Assembly (NCBI GenBank): GCA_035458105.1
Contig: DATIAJ010000254.1
Location: 1 to 48,914, forward strand
Source: Nocardioides sp.
Lineage (GTDB): Bacteria > Actinomycetota > Actinomycetes > Propionibacteriales > Nocardioidaceae
Reading direction: 5' to 3'
DNA length: 48,914 nucleotides
The translations under genes were made by a program, and so were the position numbers. The notes under the pieces are model-generated. The model had not been told where the DNA came from and made no database searches. It saw only the letters and a program-made list of their open reading frames with translations. Position 1 is the first letter of the stretch; every line of letters starts with the position of its first letter. Positions 8,846 through 17,859 of the stretch are shown here, piece after piece.

Positions 8846-9168
8846 TCGTCGTGCTCCTGAGGGGGCAGCGCGGCGACGAGCTCGTGGTCCTTGTCGATGA
8901 CACCCATCTTGGCGGCGCCGCCGGGCGAGCCGAGGTCGTCGAAGAAGTGGACGTTGGCGTCGTAGTAGCCCTTCCACTCCTCCGGGGTGTCGTCCTCGTA
9001 GAAGATCGCCTCGACCGGGCACACCGGCTCGCAGGCGCCGCAGTCGACGCACTCGTCGGGGTGGATGTAGAGCATCCGCTTGCCCTCGTAGATGCAGTCG
9101 ACAGGGCACTCGTCGACGCACGCGCGGTCCTTGAGGTCGACGCACGGCTGGGCGATGACGTAGGTCAC
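8842..9168 (-). CDS. fdxA: 7Fe ferredoxin
   Basis: [29 protein letters not shown]...[18 protein letters not shown]; SD AGGAGG; GTG at 9168. Confidence 0.97.
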   Translation of the reverse strand: MTYVIAQPCVDLKDRACVDECPVDCIYEGKRMLYIHPDECVDCGACEPVCPVEAIFYEDDTPEEWKGYYDANVHFFDDLGSPGGAAKMGVIDKDHELVAALPPQEHDE

Positions 9169-9231
9169 CAGGTCCTCCTGAAGGCGGATGTGATCGGGGG
9201 CTTGCAGTCCTCTCACTCTAGTATCCGGCGG

Positions 9232-10158
9232 GTGCCAGACACGCCAGAACCCCACCCCGGCGAGACGGACGGGACGCGAACAGGCCGACACCGCCTCGGC
9301 CCCCACGTCGTCGGCCAGCGCGTCGTCGTACGCCGCCTGCTGCCCGACGGCCGCGCGAGCGACGTCCTCGGCACGTGCACGGCGTGGGGCGCAGACTCGC
9401 TCACGATCGACCGGGACGGACACGGGCCGGTCGTCGTGGCGCTCGCCGACGTGGTGACCGGCAAGCCGGTCCCGCCGCGCGCGTCGGTGCGCGCGCGGGT
9501 CTCGGCGCAGGAGGTCGAGGAGCACGTGGCGGCGCTGTGGGAGTCCATCACGACCGAGCCGCTGGGCCGGTGGCTGCTGCGGGCCTCTCCCCCGCACGGC
9601 GGGCGGCTGCGGCGTCGGGGCAACTCGGCGCTGGCGATGCAGGAGCCGGGCATCGGCTGGGCGGATGCCGCGTTCGGCGTACGACGCTTCTACGCCGCAC
9701 TGGACCAGACGCCGGTCGTGCAGGTCGAGCTCGGCTCGCTGGTCGAGCGGACGCTGGCTCCGCTGGGCTTCGTACCGATGGGCGACGGCGACGCCCACGC
9801 CCAGCTGGCCTCGGTGGCGCGGGCGCTCCGCTCGGCGCGAGCAGTCGCCCCCGACGTCCCGGCCACCCTCGACGAACGCGCCGGCTCGGTCACCGTCACC
9901 CTCGACTCCGGCGCGGCCACCGGGCGCGGCGTGCTGTCCGGTGACTGGCTCCTCGTCGAGTCCCTGGTGGTCGACGCGGCCGAGCGGCGCCGCGGCCTGG
10001 CGACCGCCGTGCTCTCGGAGGTCCTGGACTGGGGCGCCTCGCGGGGCGCGACCACGGCGCTGCTGCACGTGGAGACCGCGAACGAGGCTGCGCTGGCGCT
10101 CTACGAGCGCCACGGCTTCGTCACCCACCACACCAACCGGTACCTCGTTGCCTCGTAG
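9232..10158 (+). CDS. GNAT family N-acetyltransferase
   Basis: N-terminal [13 protein letters not shown] domain, RRGNSALA, and acetyl-CoA motif V....[10 protein letters not shown]...[10 protein letters not shown]. Confidence 0.85.
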   Translation: MPDTPEPHPGETDGTRTGRHRLGPHVVGQRVVVRRLLPDGRASDVLGTCTAWGADSLTIDRDGHGPVVVALADVVTGKPVPPRASVRARVSAQEVEEHVAALWESITTEPLGRWLLRASPPHGGRLRRRGNSALAMQEPGIGWADAAFGVRRFYAALDQTPVVQVELGSLVERTLAPLGFVPMGDGDAHAQLASVARALRSARAVAPDVPATLDERAGSVTVTLDSGAATGRGVLSGDWLLVESLVVDAAERRRGLATAVLSEVLDWGASRGATTALLHVETANEAALALYERHGFVTHHTNRYLVAS

Positions 10159-10206
10159 CGCCTCCCTCGACCTCGGGTCTCACCCGGCGTCCTGTTGGAT
10201 GGCGAC

Positions 10207-11043
10207 GTGAGCACCACGCAGCGCACCGCGCCCGCCGCCACCGGCGCCGACCGCGGCCGCCAGGTCGTCGTGACCCTGGCCGAGGTCTTCTGCGTCATCG
10301 GCACCCTCGTCGGGGTCGGCGTCATCGGCACCCGCGTCGAGGAGTCCTCCGGCGGCGCGCTCGCCGCCGATGCCACCCTGCTCGCCCCGCTCGGCCCGGC
10401 CTTCTCGATCTGGTCGGTGATCTACGTCGGGCTCGCGGCCTACACCGTGTGGCAGTGGCTCCCGGCTTCGACGACCGACTCGCGCGCCCGGCGTACGGGC
10501 TGGCTCGCCGCCGCGTCGATGGTGCTCAACGCCGGCTGGCTGCTGGTCACGCAGCAGGGCTGGCTGTGGGCGAGCGTCGTGGTGATCCTCGCCCTGGTGA
10601 GCGTGCTCGGGCTGCTGGTGCAGCGCCTGGCCGACCTCGGTCCGGCGCCCTCCCTCGTGCAGCGCGTCGTGGTCGATGGGACGTTCGGCCTCTACCTGGG
10701 CTGGGTCGCGGTGGCGACCTGCGCCAACGTCACCGCCACCCTCGTCGCCGACGGCGTCGAGACGTCTGCCCTCGTGGGCGAGCTCGTCGCAGCTCTGGTC
10801 ATCGCCGTGGTCGTCGCGGTCGCAGCAGTGGTCGTCTCTCGGACCGGCCCACGCTGGACCTTCGCCGCGGCTGCCGCCTGGGGCCTGGCCTGGATCGCCG
10901 TCGGCCGGCTCACCGACGAGCCGGCGTCCACCCTGGTCGGGGTCGCGGCCGCGGCCGCCGCCGTCGCCGTGCTCGGGCTCACTGCCCGGGCGGCGCTCAG
11001 AGACAGTCGAGTGCTGGGCCACGCGGGGACCACGACCACCTGA
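10207..11043 (+). CDS. TspO/MBR-related tryptophan-rich membrane protein
   Basis: LLAPLGPAFSIWSVIY, LNAGWL, FGLYLGWVAVATCAN; multiple TM helices. Confidence 0.85.
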   Translation: MSTTQRTAPAATGADRGRQVVVTLAEVFCVIGTLVGVGVIGTRVEESSGGALAADATLLAPLGPAFSIWSVIYVGLAAYTVWQWLPASTTDSRARRTGWLAAASMVLNAGWLLVTQQGWLWASVVVILALVSVLGLLVQRLADLGPAPSLVQRVVVDGTFGLYLGWVAVATCANVTATLVADGVETSALVGELVAALVIAVVVAVAAVVVSRTGPRWTFAAAAAWGLAWIAVGRLTDEPASTLVGVAAAAAAVAVLGLTARAALRDSRVLGHAGTTTT

Positions 11044-11091
11044 GCACTCAACCCTCGGCGTCGATGCAACCGTCTGGGAGCGCCGCCTTGG

Positions 11092-11211
11092 ATGCCGTCC
11101 CACGGCGGGTTCGCCATAGGGCTGGAGCGGTGGGTCGCCCGACTCGTCGAGGCAGCGAACGTGCGTGAGGTGACCCTCTTCCCGCGCGACCTCAACCGGC
11201 TCGCCCCGTAG
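11092..11211 (+). pseudogene. aspS: C-terminal relic of a non-discriminating (archaeal-type) aspartyl-tRNA synthetase or a related class IIb synthetase
   Basis: Manual translation MPSHGGFAIGLERWVARLVEAANVREVTLFPRDLNRLAP* contains class II motif 3 (HGGFxIGLER...FPRD); the upstream sequence is unrelated. Confidence 0.82.
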
Positions 11212-12169
11212 TCGGGCCACCTCGGGCGAAGAGACGCTCCGCTGCGCGCAGAGTTCGCACCCACAGCAGCCGTTGCAGGACCAGCACGAGCACACCGGCG
11301 AGGACCATCCCGCTGATGTTCAGCGCGAGCTGGGCGGCCGACCCCGCGATCTCAGAGGGCGCCCACACGCCGATCGCCAGGCCGAGGTTGCCGACGGCCG
11401 GGATGGTCGTCACCGAGATGAACACCCCGACCATCGCGTTGGCCCGGGCGGTGGTCATCGCGAGCACGCCTGCCGCCCCGGCGATCAGCGCGACGATGAA
11501 GGACCAGCGGTCCGGGTGCCAGATGAAACCGGTCTGCGGACGAGGACGCGTCACCATCTCGGGCGTGATCAGTCCTGTGAGGCTCGCGAGCAGACTGAGC
11601 AGGGCCACCACGACCACGGACACCATCACCCCCGTCCAGAGCAGCCACAGCGCCCTCGTGGTGAGGCCGTGGCGCGCGAAGACCAGGCCGGTCGCGACGG
11701 CCGCGACGGTGCCGAACTCCGGCCCGACGACCATGGCGCCGATGACCAGGATCGAGGAGTCGGTGATGACCGCGATGGCCGCCAGCAGGCTCGCGAGGAC
11801 GAAGAACACGTAGTAGGACACGGTCGGCCGGCTCGCCGACCAGCAGCTCTCGATGACCGCGTCCCAGATCACCGCGTCGTCGGGATCACCGGGCGCCACC
11901 CGCGCGAGCCGCCGGGCGGCAGCGAACGGCGTACTTGTCGGCGTGGTGACCAGGATTCCGCCCGTCTCGTGAAGGCCGAGCGCCTTGAGCCGGCCGATGA
12001 CCTCCCCCGCGAGCTCCCGGGCGACGTCGCACTCGACGAGGTCCCCCTCCGGGGAGAGCGACACGCCAGGGCTCAGGGTCAGGTTCGTCGACCGGTCCTC
12101 GTGACGCAGCAGCGCGACGACGGCGTCGGAGAGGTCGCGCGGCACGGTGAGGCGGAGGTGCACCAGCAT
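11192..12169 (-). CDS. DUF389 domain membrane protein
   Basis: DSSILVIGAMVVGPEFG and VGVFISVTTIPA motifs; about 7 TM helices. Confidence 0.88.
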   Translation of the reverse strand: MLVHLRLTVPRDLSDAVVALLRHEDRSTNLTLSPGVSLSPEGDLVECDVARELAGEVIGRLKALGLHETGGILVTTPTSTPFAAARRLARVAPGDPDDAVIWDAVIESCWSASRPTVSYYVFFVLASLLAAIAVITDSSILVIGAMVVGPEFGTVAAVATGLVFARHGLTTRALWLLWTGVMVSVVVVALLSLLASLTGLITPEMVTRPRPQTGFIWHPDRWSFIVALIAGAAGVLAMTTARANAMVGVFISVTTIPAVGNLGLAIGVWAPSEIAGSAAQLALNISGMVLAGVLVLVLQRLLWVRTLRAAERLFARGGPTTGRAG

Positions 12170-12195
12170 GGCGCGAGCCTAGGCCGCACGAACGC

Positions 12196-13971
12196 CTACT
12201 CGTCGACGGCGTCGGGGTTGGTGCAGATCACCGTGTCGCTGGGGATGTAGGTGGTGCTGAAGACCTCGTCCGCGCGGTCCTCGGTGTTCTCGCCGACCGG
12301 CTGGAAGTAGCGCACGACGTCGATGTCGAAACCGCCGAAGCCCTCGTTGGGGTGGCACGTCAGGGAGTCGATGCGCCGCGTCTCGGGCTGGGTGAGGTTG
12401 TGACGCTCGCCCGTGGTCGTGGTGATGTCCCACCACTTCGTGGAGTACATCGTCACGGTCACTGCGCCCGAGGACGACGGGGTCGAGTCGGTGAACGAGG
12501 TGTCGATGAGCACGCCGTAGGGGGTGTCGTTGCGGAAGCGCAGGTCGACCGCACCCCAGGCGACCGTGGCCTCACGGCCCACGGGGTAGCGGTCGATGTA
12601 GAACGAGTGCGGCTTGTGCTCGACGTCCTCGAGCCCGGCGAAGAACATCGCGTTGAACAGCGTGGTGGCCATCTGCGAGACACCGCCGCCGAGGTCCTGC
12701 ACGAGGATCCCGTCGTTGATGACGTAGCCCTTGGTGAACCCGTTGGCCTCGGTGCGCTCGCCGACGGTGTCGTTGAGCGAGAACGTCTCCCCCGGCTTGA
12801 GCAGCGTGCCGTCGACGATCTCCGCTGCGCGGCCGATGTTGACGTTGCGGTACTCCGCGTAGGGGAAGTAGGTCGTGAAGGTCGAGACCTGCTCACGCAC
12901 CTGCAGGGCGCGAGCGTCCTTGGTGGTGAACTCGGGCTTGGCGACCTTGGCAGTGAGGGCCAGGGTCCGTTCGCCCTGCGGCTTGGCGACCGCGGCCAGG
13001 AAGCCGGCCTCGAGCTCGGCCGGGTCGAAGGTCACGCCCGGCTTGGCCGGCACCACCTGGGGCCGCCCACCGACCAGCGCGACGGTGGCGTCGACGGGTG
13101 CGCCCTGGGTGATCTTCGCGCCGACCACCTCGTTGAGCTTCGCCGGGTCGAGCGTCGGCACCAGCTCACCCTCGGTCGGGACGAGGGAGAGCGCGGCCGT
13201 GTAGTCGGCCGGGAACACCTTGACGTCCGACCCCTCGAACGTCAGCGTCACCGGGGCGGCGACCGCCGGGGACGCGAACTGGTCGAGCGCCTCCTGCACG
13301 TCGGAGCCGTCGATGTCGGGCTGCACCCCGACCATCTCGAGAGCGACGACGTCGGGGGACTCCTCCAGGAACGCGCCCTGGAGCGCGGTCAGGGTGTCGC
13401 TGGGGTCGAGCGCCCGGCCGGGTCGGGCGTCGGTGGTCTCGATCCGCTCGCCGGCGAAGGTGATCGCCCCGTCGCGAGCCGTGGCACCGTGCTGCTCGTC
13501 GAGACCCGCGAGGTAGGTGTTGTAAATCGTCTCGTCGACCTCGACCACGGCCTCGGAGGCCTCACCGCCGGTGAAGTAGTTCCAGAGCCGGACCGGGTCC
13601 CAGCTCTCCTCGCCGCCGGCCTCGGCGACGGATGCCTCGTAGTCGACCGAGAGGCCGGCCTGGGCGGGGTCGACGGCCACCTGCGCGCCTTCGACGGTGG
13701 TCGCGATGTCGCGCGCGACGCGGTCGGCGAGCCCGGCACGGAGTCGCTCCGCGGCCTCGCCCTGGGGGTGCCCGCCGATGCGGACACCGGAGACCGTCGT
13801 GTTGCGCGGGACCTTGTCGCCGGCGACGTAGTGCGCGGCGACGTAGAGCCCGCCGAACAGCACCACGAGACCGAGGAGCAGCCACAGCACGACCCTGGCG
13901 CCCGCCTTCTCGCGGGGCTCCGCGTCACTGGTCTGGTTCGTCGGCACGCGACTGGTCTGGTTCGTCGGCAC
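12196..13971 (-). CDS. VanW family protein with peptidoglycan-binding (YoaR-like) region
   Basis: N-terminal TM; RNVNIGRAAEIVDGTLLKPGETFSLN...GGGVSQMATTLFNA...HSFYIDRYPVGREATV...DLRFRNDT. The start could be 13971 or 13947 because of the duplication. Confidence 0.92.
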   Translation of the reverse strand: MPTNQTSRVPTNQTSDAEPREKAGARVVLWLLLGLVVLFGGLYVAAHYVAGDKVPRNTTVSGVRIGGHPQGEAAERLRAGLADRVARDIATTVEGAQVAVDPAQAGLSVDYEASVAEAGGEESWDPVRLWNYFTGGEASEAVVEVDETIYNTYLAGLDEQHGATARDGAITFAGERIETTDARPGRALDPSDTLTALQGAFLEESPDVVALEMVGVQPDIDGSDVQEALDQFASPAVAAPVTLTFEGSDVKVFPADYTAALSLVPTEGELVPTLDPAKLNEVVGAKITQGAPVDATVALVGGRPQVVPAKPGVTFDPAELEAGFLAAVAKPQGERTLALTAKVAKPEFTTKDARALQVREQVSTFTTYFPYAEYRNVNIGRAAEIVDGTLLKPGETFSLNDTVGERTEANGFTKGYVINDGILVQDLGGGVSQMATTLFNAMFFAGLEDVEHKPHSFYIDRYPVGREATVAWGAVDLRFRNDTPYGVLIDTSFTDSTPSSSGAVTVTMYSTKWWDITTTTGERHNLTQPETRRIDSLTCHPNEGFGGFDIDVVRYFQPVGENTEDRADEVFSTTYIPSDTVICTNPDAVDE

Positions 13972-13974
13972 GCG
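13927..13974. repeat. Perfect 24-bp tandem duplication covering the vanW start codon
   Basis: ACTGGTCTGGTTCGTCGGCACGCG at 13927-13950 and 13951-13974. Confidence 0.95.
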
Positions 13975-13980
13975 GCGAGT

Positions 13981-14367
13981 CTAGGAGGGCAGGCCCCGAA
14001 CTCCCGGATCGTCGGCGCGCCCCGGACCGTCCGTCCGGGGCGTACGACGTCCCGCCCCCGCGGTCACCACGGCCGCCACCAGGAGCACCGCCGAGCCGGC
14101 CAGGAAGGACCACCCGACCGCGTCGGCGCCGATCAGGAAGCCGCCTCCCGGACGCTCCAGGGCGCCGCGGAGCACGGGCACGCACCAGCCCGCCGCGAAC
14201 GCCACCCGGGGTCCGCCCGGAGGCAGCCAGGCGAGGGTGACGAGGGCCGCGCCGAGGGCCAGGAGCAGGCCCCACCAGTGCTGGTGGACGAGCGTTCCCG
14301 CGGCACCCGAGACCAGACCCACGACAAGGGCCACCACGAAGGCCGCCAGCCCCAACCCCGCTCTCAC
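13981..14367 (-). CDS. Small membrane protein downstream of mshB (DUF6113-like)
   Basis: About 4 hydrophobic segments and an RPGGGFLI motif; located directly after mshB. Confidence 0.65.
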   Translation of the reverse strand: MRAGLGLAAFVVALVVGLVSGAAGTLVHQHWWGLLLALGAALVTLAWLPPGGPRVAFAAGWCVPVLRGALERPGGGFLIGADAVGWSFLAGSAVLLVAAVVTAGAGRRTPRTDGPGRADDPGVRGLPS

Positions 14368-14377
14368 AGCGCCGCCC

Positions 14378-15289
14378 TCACACCCCCGCGAACAGGTCCT
14401 CCTCGAACCCGTCCGCGCCGGACGCGCCGGCGGTGCCCTTGGCCAGGCGGTAGTACTCGTCGGACCACCACGAGTGGCCGCTCTCCGCGCCGGCGAAGAA
14501 GTGGCCGTCCGGCTCGACCTGGGTGGCGTGCTTGGCCAGGGCGTCCATCTTGCGCTGGACGGTCGCGGAGCCGTCGACGCGGGCGCTGATGAGCTCGTCG
14601 GGTGTCACGAACGGCGGCAGCTTGCCGTCTGGCTCCATCCCGGCGAACGTCTCGGTGTCGCCGGACTCGCGGAGCTGGCGCAGGCTCTCCCTCATCCGCG
14701 ACTCGCTCATCGCGGTCCAGTAGATCTTGGCGACGTCGTGCGGCTCGCCGAGCTCGAGCCGGTAGGACGGCACGGCCGCCAGCTGGGCGGCGTACATCGC
14801 GACCCGGTGGGCCTGGATGTGGTCGGGGTGGCCGTAGCCGCCGAACTGGTCGTAGGTGACGAGCACCTGGGGGCGGACCTCACGGATCACCTGCACGAGC
14901 TCGTCGGCGGCCTCGACGAGGTCGGCGTTCCAGAAGGCGTTGTCGGGGATCTCCTCGGCCGCGACGGCGTGGCCCTCCTCGTGCCAGGCCATGCCGGAGT
15001 CGTGGAAGCGGCCGAAGCCGCCGAGGAAGCGGTGGTCGGTGACCCCGATGACCTTCATCGCCTCCTCGAGCTCGCCGCGGCGGTGCTCGCCGAGCCCGCC
15101 CTTCTCCTCGTGGGCGAGGTAGGAGAGCTCGGGCACGAGCACCTCACCCATCTCCCCGGCGGTGCAGGTGACGAGCGTGACGCCCACTCCCTCGTCGACG
15201 TAGCGCGCCATGGTGGCGCCGTTGTTGATGCACTCGTCATCGGGGTGGGCGTGGACGAGCAGCATGCGGCGGTCGGGACGGTGCGTCAT
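14378..15289 (-). CDS. mshB: GlcNAc-Ins deacetylase (mycothiol biosynthesis)
   Basis: LLVHAHPDDE, VTCTAGEMGE, DSGM, TYDQFGGYGHPDHIQAHRV, AHATQ-like KHATQ, EDLFAG; ATG at 15289. Confidence 0.93.
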   Translation of the reverse strand: MTHRPDRRMLLVHAHPDDECINNGATMARYVDEGVGVTLVTCTAGEMGEVLVPELSYLAHEEKGGLGEHRRGELEEAMKVIGVTDHRFLGGFGRFHDSGMAWHEEGHAVAAEEIPDNAFWNADLVEAADELVQVIREVRPQVLVTYDQFGGYGHPDHIQAHRVAMYAAQLAAVPSYRLELGEPHDVAKIYWTAMSESRMRESLRQLRESGDTETFAGMEPDGKLPPFVTPDELISARVDGSATVQRKMDALAKHATQVEPDGHFFAGAESGHSWWSDEYYRLAKGTAGASGADGFEEDLFAGV

Positions 15290-15294
15290 GGATG

Positions 15295-15603
15295 TCAGCC
15301 TAGGTCTGGGCGCTTGATGCGCTTGGGCGCGGTCGGCAGGTGCAACGGCGCCGAGGGGGCGCCCTGTTCCCGAGCCGGACCGGGTCCGTCGTCCTCGTCG
15401 AGCCAGCCGTCGTGGGCGTCGACGAGGACCTCGAGCATGAACGCCGGGGCGTCGCTGAGCACCGCCCACGGGTGGTCCTCGTCGTCGTCCTCCCCTGCCA
15501 GTCGCTCGCGCTCGACGTGCGCCTCGAAGCCGTCCGCCCGAAGCCGGGTCACGACCGCCTGCGCGTCGTCCTCGTCGAAGAAGATCGCCCTCACGAGGGC
15601 CAT
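15295..15603 (-). CDS. Small acidic hypothetical protein
   Basis: ERLAGEDDDEDHPWAV..DAP..MLE.LVD.HDGWL; ends 5 bp before mshB in the same orientation. Confidence 0.7.
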   Translation of the reverse strand: MALVRAIFFDEDDAQAVVTRLRADGFEAHVERERLAGEDDDEDHPWAVLSDAPAFMLEVLVDAHDGWLDEDDGPGPAREQGAPSAPLHLPTAPKRIKRPDLG

Positions 15604-15650
15604 TCTCCATCGGGACGGTCTCCACCGACGCGGCTGGCTAGGGTCGGGGG

Positions 15651-16772
15651 ATGACCACCGCCTCGGAGTCGCCGTACGTCCAGGGGGTGCACCTGCGCCG
15701 CACCGACGAGAACGTCCGCGAGATCGCCGCCCTCGCCGCGGTGCTGGGCGAGCCGACGGGGCTCGACGGGCTGCTGGGTGACCTCAAGTACGACGTGCGG
15801 CGGGCTCGGGTCGTGCCCCGGCTGCTCGGCCGGGCGGTGCGCGAGGCGTACCGCTGGGACGACTACGACGAGCGCGACGAGCAGTGGTACCCCCAGGGGA
15901 TCTCGACCAGCGCCGACTCCTCCGACACCGAGGCGTTCCAGACGCGTGCCGGCGACGGCCGCCGGGTGGTGGTCACGACGTGGTACTCCACCGGCAGGGA
16001 CGGCGTGAAGCGCGGCTCGCGGGTGACCTTCGTCGACCTCGACTCCGGGAAGTACCGCCACGTCCTGCTGGTCTCGCCGCTCTTCGACGAGGCGGGCCGG
16101 CTCGTGCTGCGGCCGATGAAGATCCACGCCGGCGGCATCGTGTGGGCCGGCCCGTACCTCCACATCGCGGCAACCGGACGCGGCTTCGTCACCGCCCGCG
16201 TCGACGACATCATGCGGGTGGCCGGTGACGACGACCACCCGGACCGCTTCGGCATCGAGGGCACGTCCCTCCACTCCTTCGGCCACCGCTACGTCCTGCC
16301 GGTGCGGTTCACCTACCAGGCCTTCGCCGACGAGGGCCACGAGAAGCTGCGCTACTCCTTCATGTCGCTGGACCGGCGCTCCGAGCCGCCGGCCCTGCTC
16401 GCGGGTGAGTACGCCCTCGACCCCGACGCCACGACCCGGCTGGCGCGCTACGAGCTCGACCCCTCGACCTGGCAGCTCGCCACGGGCGACGACGGCTTCT
16501 CCCGACCCCTGGCGATCGACGAGGGCGGGGTCCGGCAGATGCAGGGCGCCGTCCTGGCCGGGGGTCGCTACCACGTCACCGTGTCCCATGGCCCGTGGAT
16601 GCCCGGCAGCGTCTTCGCCGGCCGGCCCGGCTCGATGCGTGAACGCCGCTGGGCGCTGCCGATGGGGCCGGAGGACCTGGCCTACTGGCCCTCGACCGAC
16701 CGGATCTGGTCGCTCACCGAGCACCCCCGCCGGCGCTGGATCGTCTCCATGGACCGCCGCTGGTTCGACTGA
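15651..16772 (+). CDS. Conserved hypothetical protein, probable beta-propeller
   Basis: Good codon bias; WYPQGISTSAD, YRHVLLV, HAGGIVWAG, MQGAV and GPEDLAYW..IWSLTEHP motifs. Confidence 0.75.
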   Translation: MTTASESPYVQGVHLRRTDENVREIAALAAVLGEPTGLDGLLGDLKYDVRRARVVPRLLGRAVREAYRWDDYDERDEQWYPQGISTSADSSDTEAFQTRAGDGRRVVVTTWYSTGRDGVKRGSRVTFVDLDSGKYRHVLLVSPLFDEAGRLVLRPMKIHAGGIVWAGPYLHIAATGRGFVTARVDDIMRVAGDDDHPDRFGIEGTSLHSFGHRYVLPVRFTYQAFADEGHEKLRYSFMSLDRRSEPPALLAGEYALDPDATTRLARYELDPSTWQLATGDDGFSRPLAIDEGGVRQMQGAVLAGGRYHVTVSHGPWMPGSVFAGRPGSMRERRWALPMGPEDLAYWPSTDRIWSLTEHPRRRWIVSMDRRWFD

Positions 16773-16784
16773 TCCCGAACGCGG

Positions 16785-17834
16785 TCAGCGCGCCCGGAGC
16801 CAGGCGGTGACCTGCGGCACGCCGTCGAGCCAGCCCAGCCTGGCGGCGTACAACGCCCGGCGGCCGCGCTGCCGCGGCTTGTGGTCCCACTTCCCGGTCC
16901 CGGCGCACGGGAGCACGGTGCCGCGGCAGGTCCAGCCGTGCAGGAACGCCGTGAGCTCGCCGTCGCGTCCCTCCACCAGGTCGGCGCCGCCGGGCCCGCA
17001 GAGGCCGGTGGTCGTCGTGTCCAGGAACGCCCCGCCCACGGCCGCCGACCAGTCGACCAGAGAGGTCGAGCGCCGCCAGGTGGTCGAGTAGCCGCAGCGC
17101 GTCCAGTCGCCCTCGGAGGCCAGGAGCACGTAGCCCTCGGGTCGCAGGGTGAGCACCGGGTTCTCCAGGACACCTTCGGAGCGCAGCAGCTCGATGCTCG
17201 TCGCCCCGCGCTTCACCGACTGCCCGTCGCGGGTCAGGGCGACGAGGCGCACGCTGGACGGGATCCGGTCGGTCTTGTAGAGCAGGTACGACGACCCGTC
17301 GGCGTCGCGGAACCACGACGGGTCGATCACCCCGGCGCGGGGCAGCGTCGGGTCGCGCGGCAGCAGCGGGTCCTGCGCGGTCGGCGTGCCGGCGTACGAC
17401 GGGCACACGAGCGGGGCACTGCCCACGGGTCGGAACGGGCCGCGCGCGGCGCGCGAGCGGGCCACGCCGATGCAGCGGCCGTGCTCACCCATGCCCTTCA
17501 CGGGGGTGGCGTAGTAGAGGAGCCACCGGCCGCGGACCCGCGCCACGTCGACCGCCCACACGCCGCCCTCGCGCGACCAGGACGGCTTGTGCGTCAGCAG
17601 GCCGGGACCGCGCCGCCAGGGCCCGTCGGCCTGGCGCGACCACGCGTGCGGCACCAGGTCGCCGGTGGCGTAGGCGACGAGCCCGCCGGGCGCGGAGACG
17701 ACCGCGGGGTCAGGGAAGTCGAGGTTGAGCACCGGGCGCGGCACCCACTCCTCGGCGGACGCGGGACGAGCGACCGACAGCACGGTCGCGGCGAGCAGCA
17801 GCACGAGCAGGCGCACTGCTCCTCGGTTCGGCAC
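16785..17834 (-). CDS. Secreted glycoside hydrolase family 43
   Basis: Signal peptide; DFPDP (base), VWAVDV, IDPSWF (pKa modulator), LENP (acid), CGPGG. Confidence 0.88.
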   Translation of the reverse strand: MPNRGAVRLLVLLLAATVLSVARPASAEEWVPRPVLNLDFPDPAVVSAPGGLVAYATGDLVPHAWSRQADGPWRRGPGLLTHKPSWSREGGVWAVDVARVRGRWLLYYATPVKGMGEHGRCIGVARSRAARGPFRPVGSAPLVCPSYAGTPTAQDPLLPRDPTLPRAGVIDPSWFRDADGSSYLLYKTDRIPSSVRLVALTRDGQSVKRGATSIELLRSEGVLENPVLTLRPEGYVLLASEGDWTRCGYSTTWRRSTSLVDWSAAVGGAFLDTTTTGLCGPGGADLVEGRDGELTAFLHGWTCRGTVLPCAGTGKWDHKPRQRGRRALYAARLGWLDGVPQVTAWLRAR

Positions 17835-17859
17835 CGGGGGAACCTACCCCGGCGGCGGC

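Noticed and set aside
12196-13971. VanW as evidence of a vancomycin resistance cluster
   Set aside because: No vanHAX or vanRS nearby; stand-alone VanW-domain proteins are common in actinobacteria.
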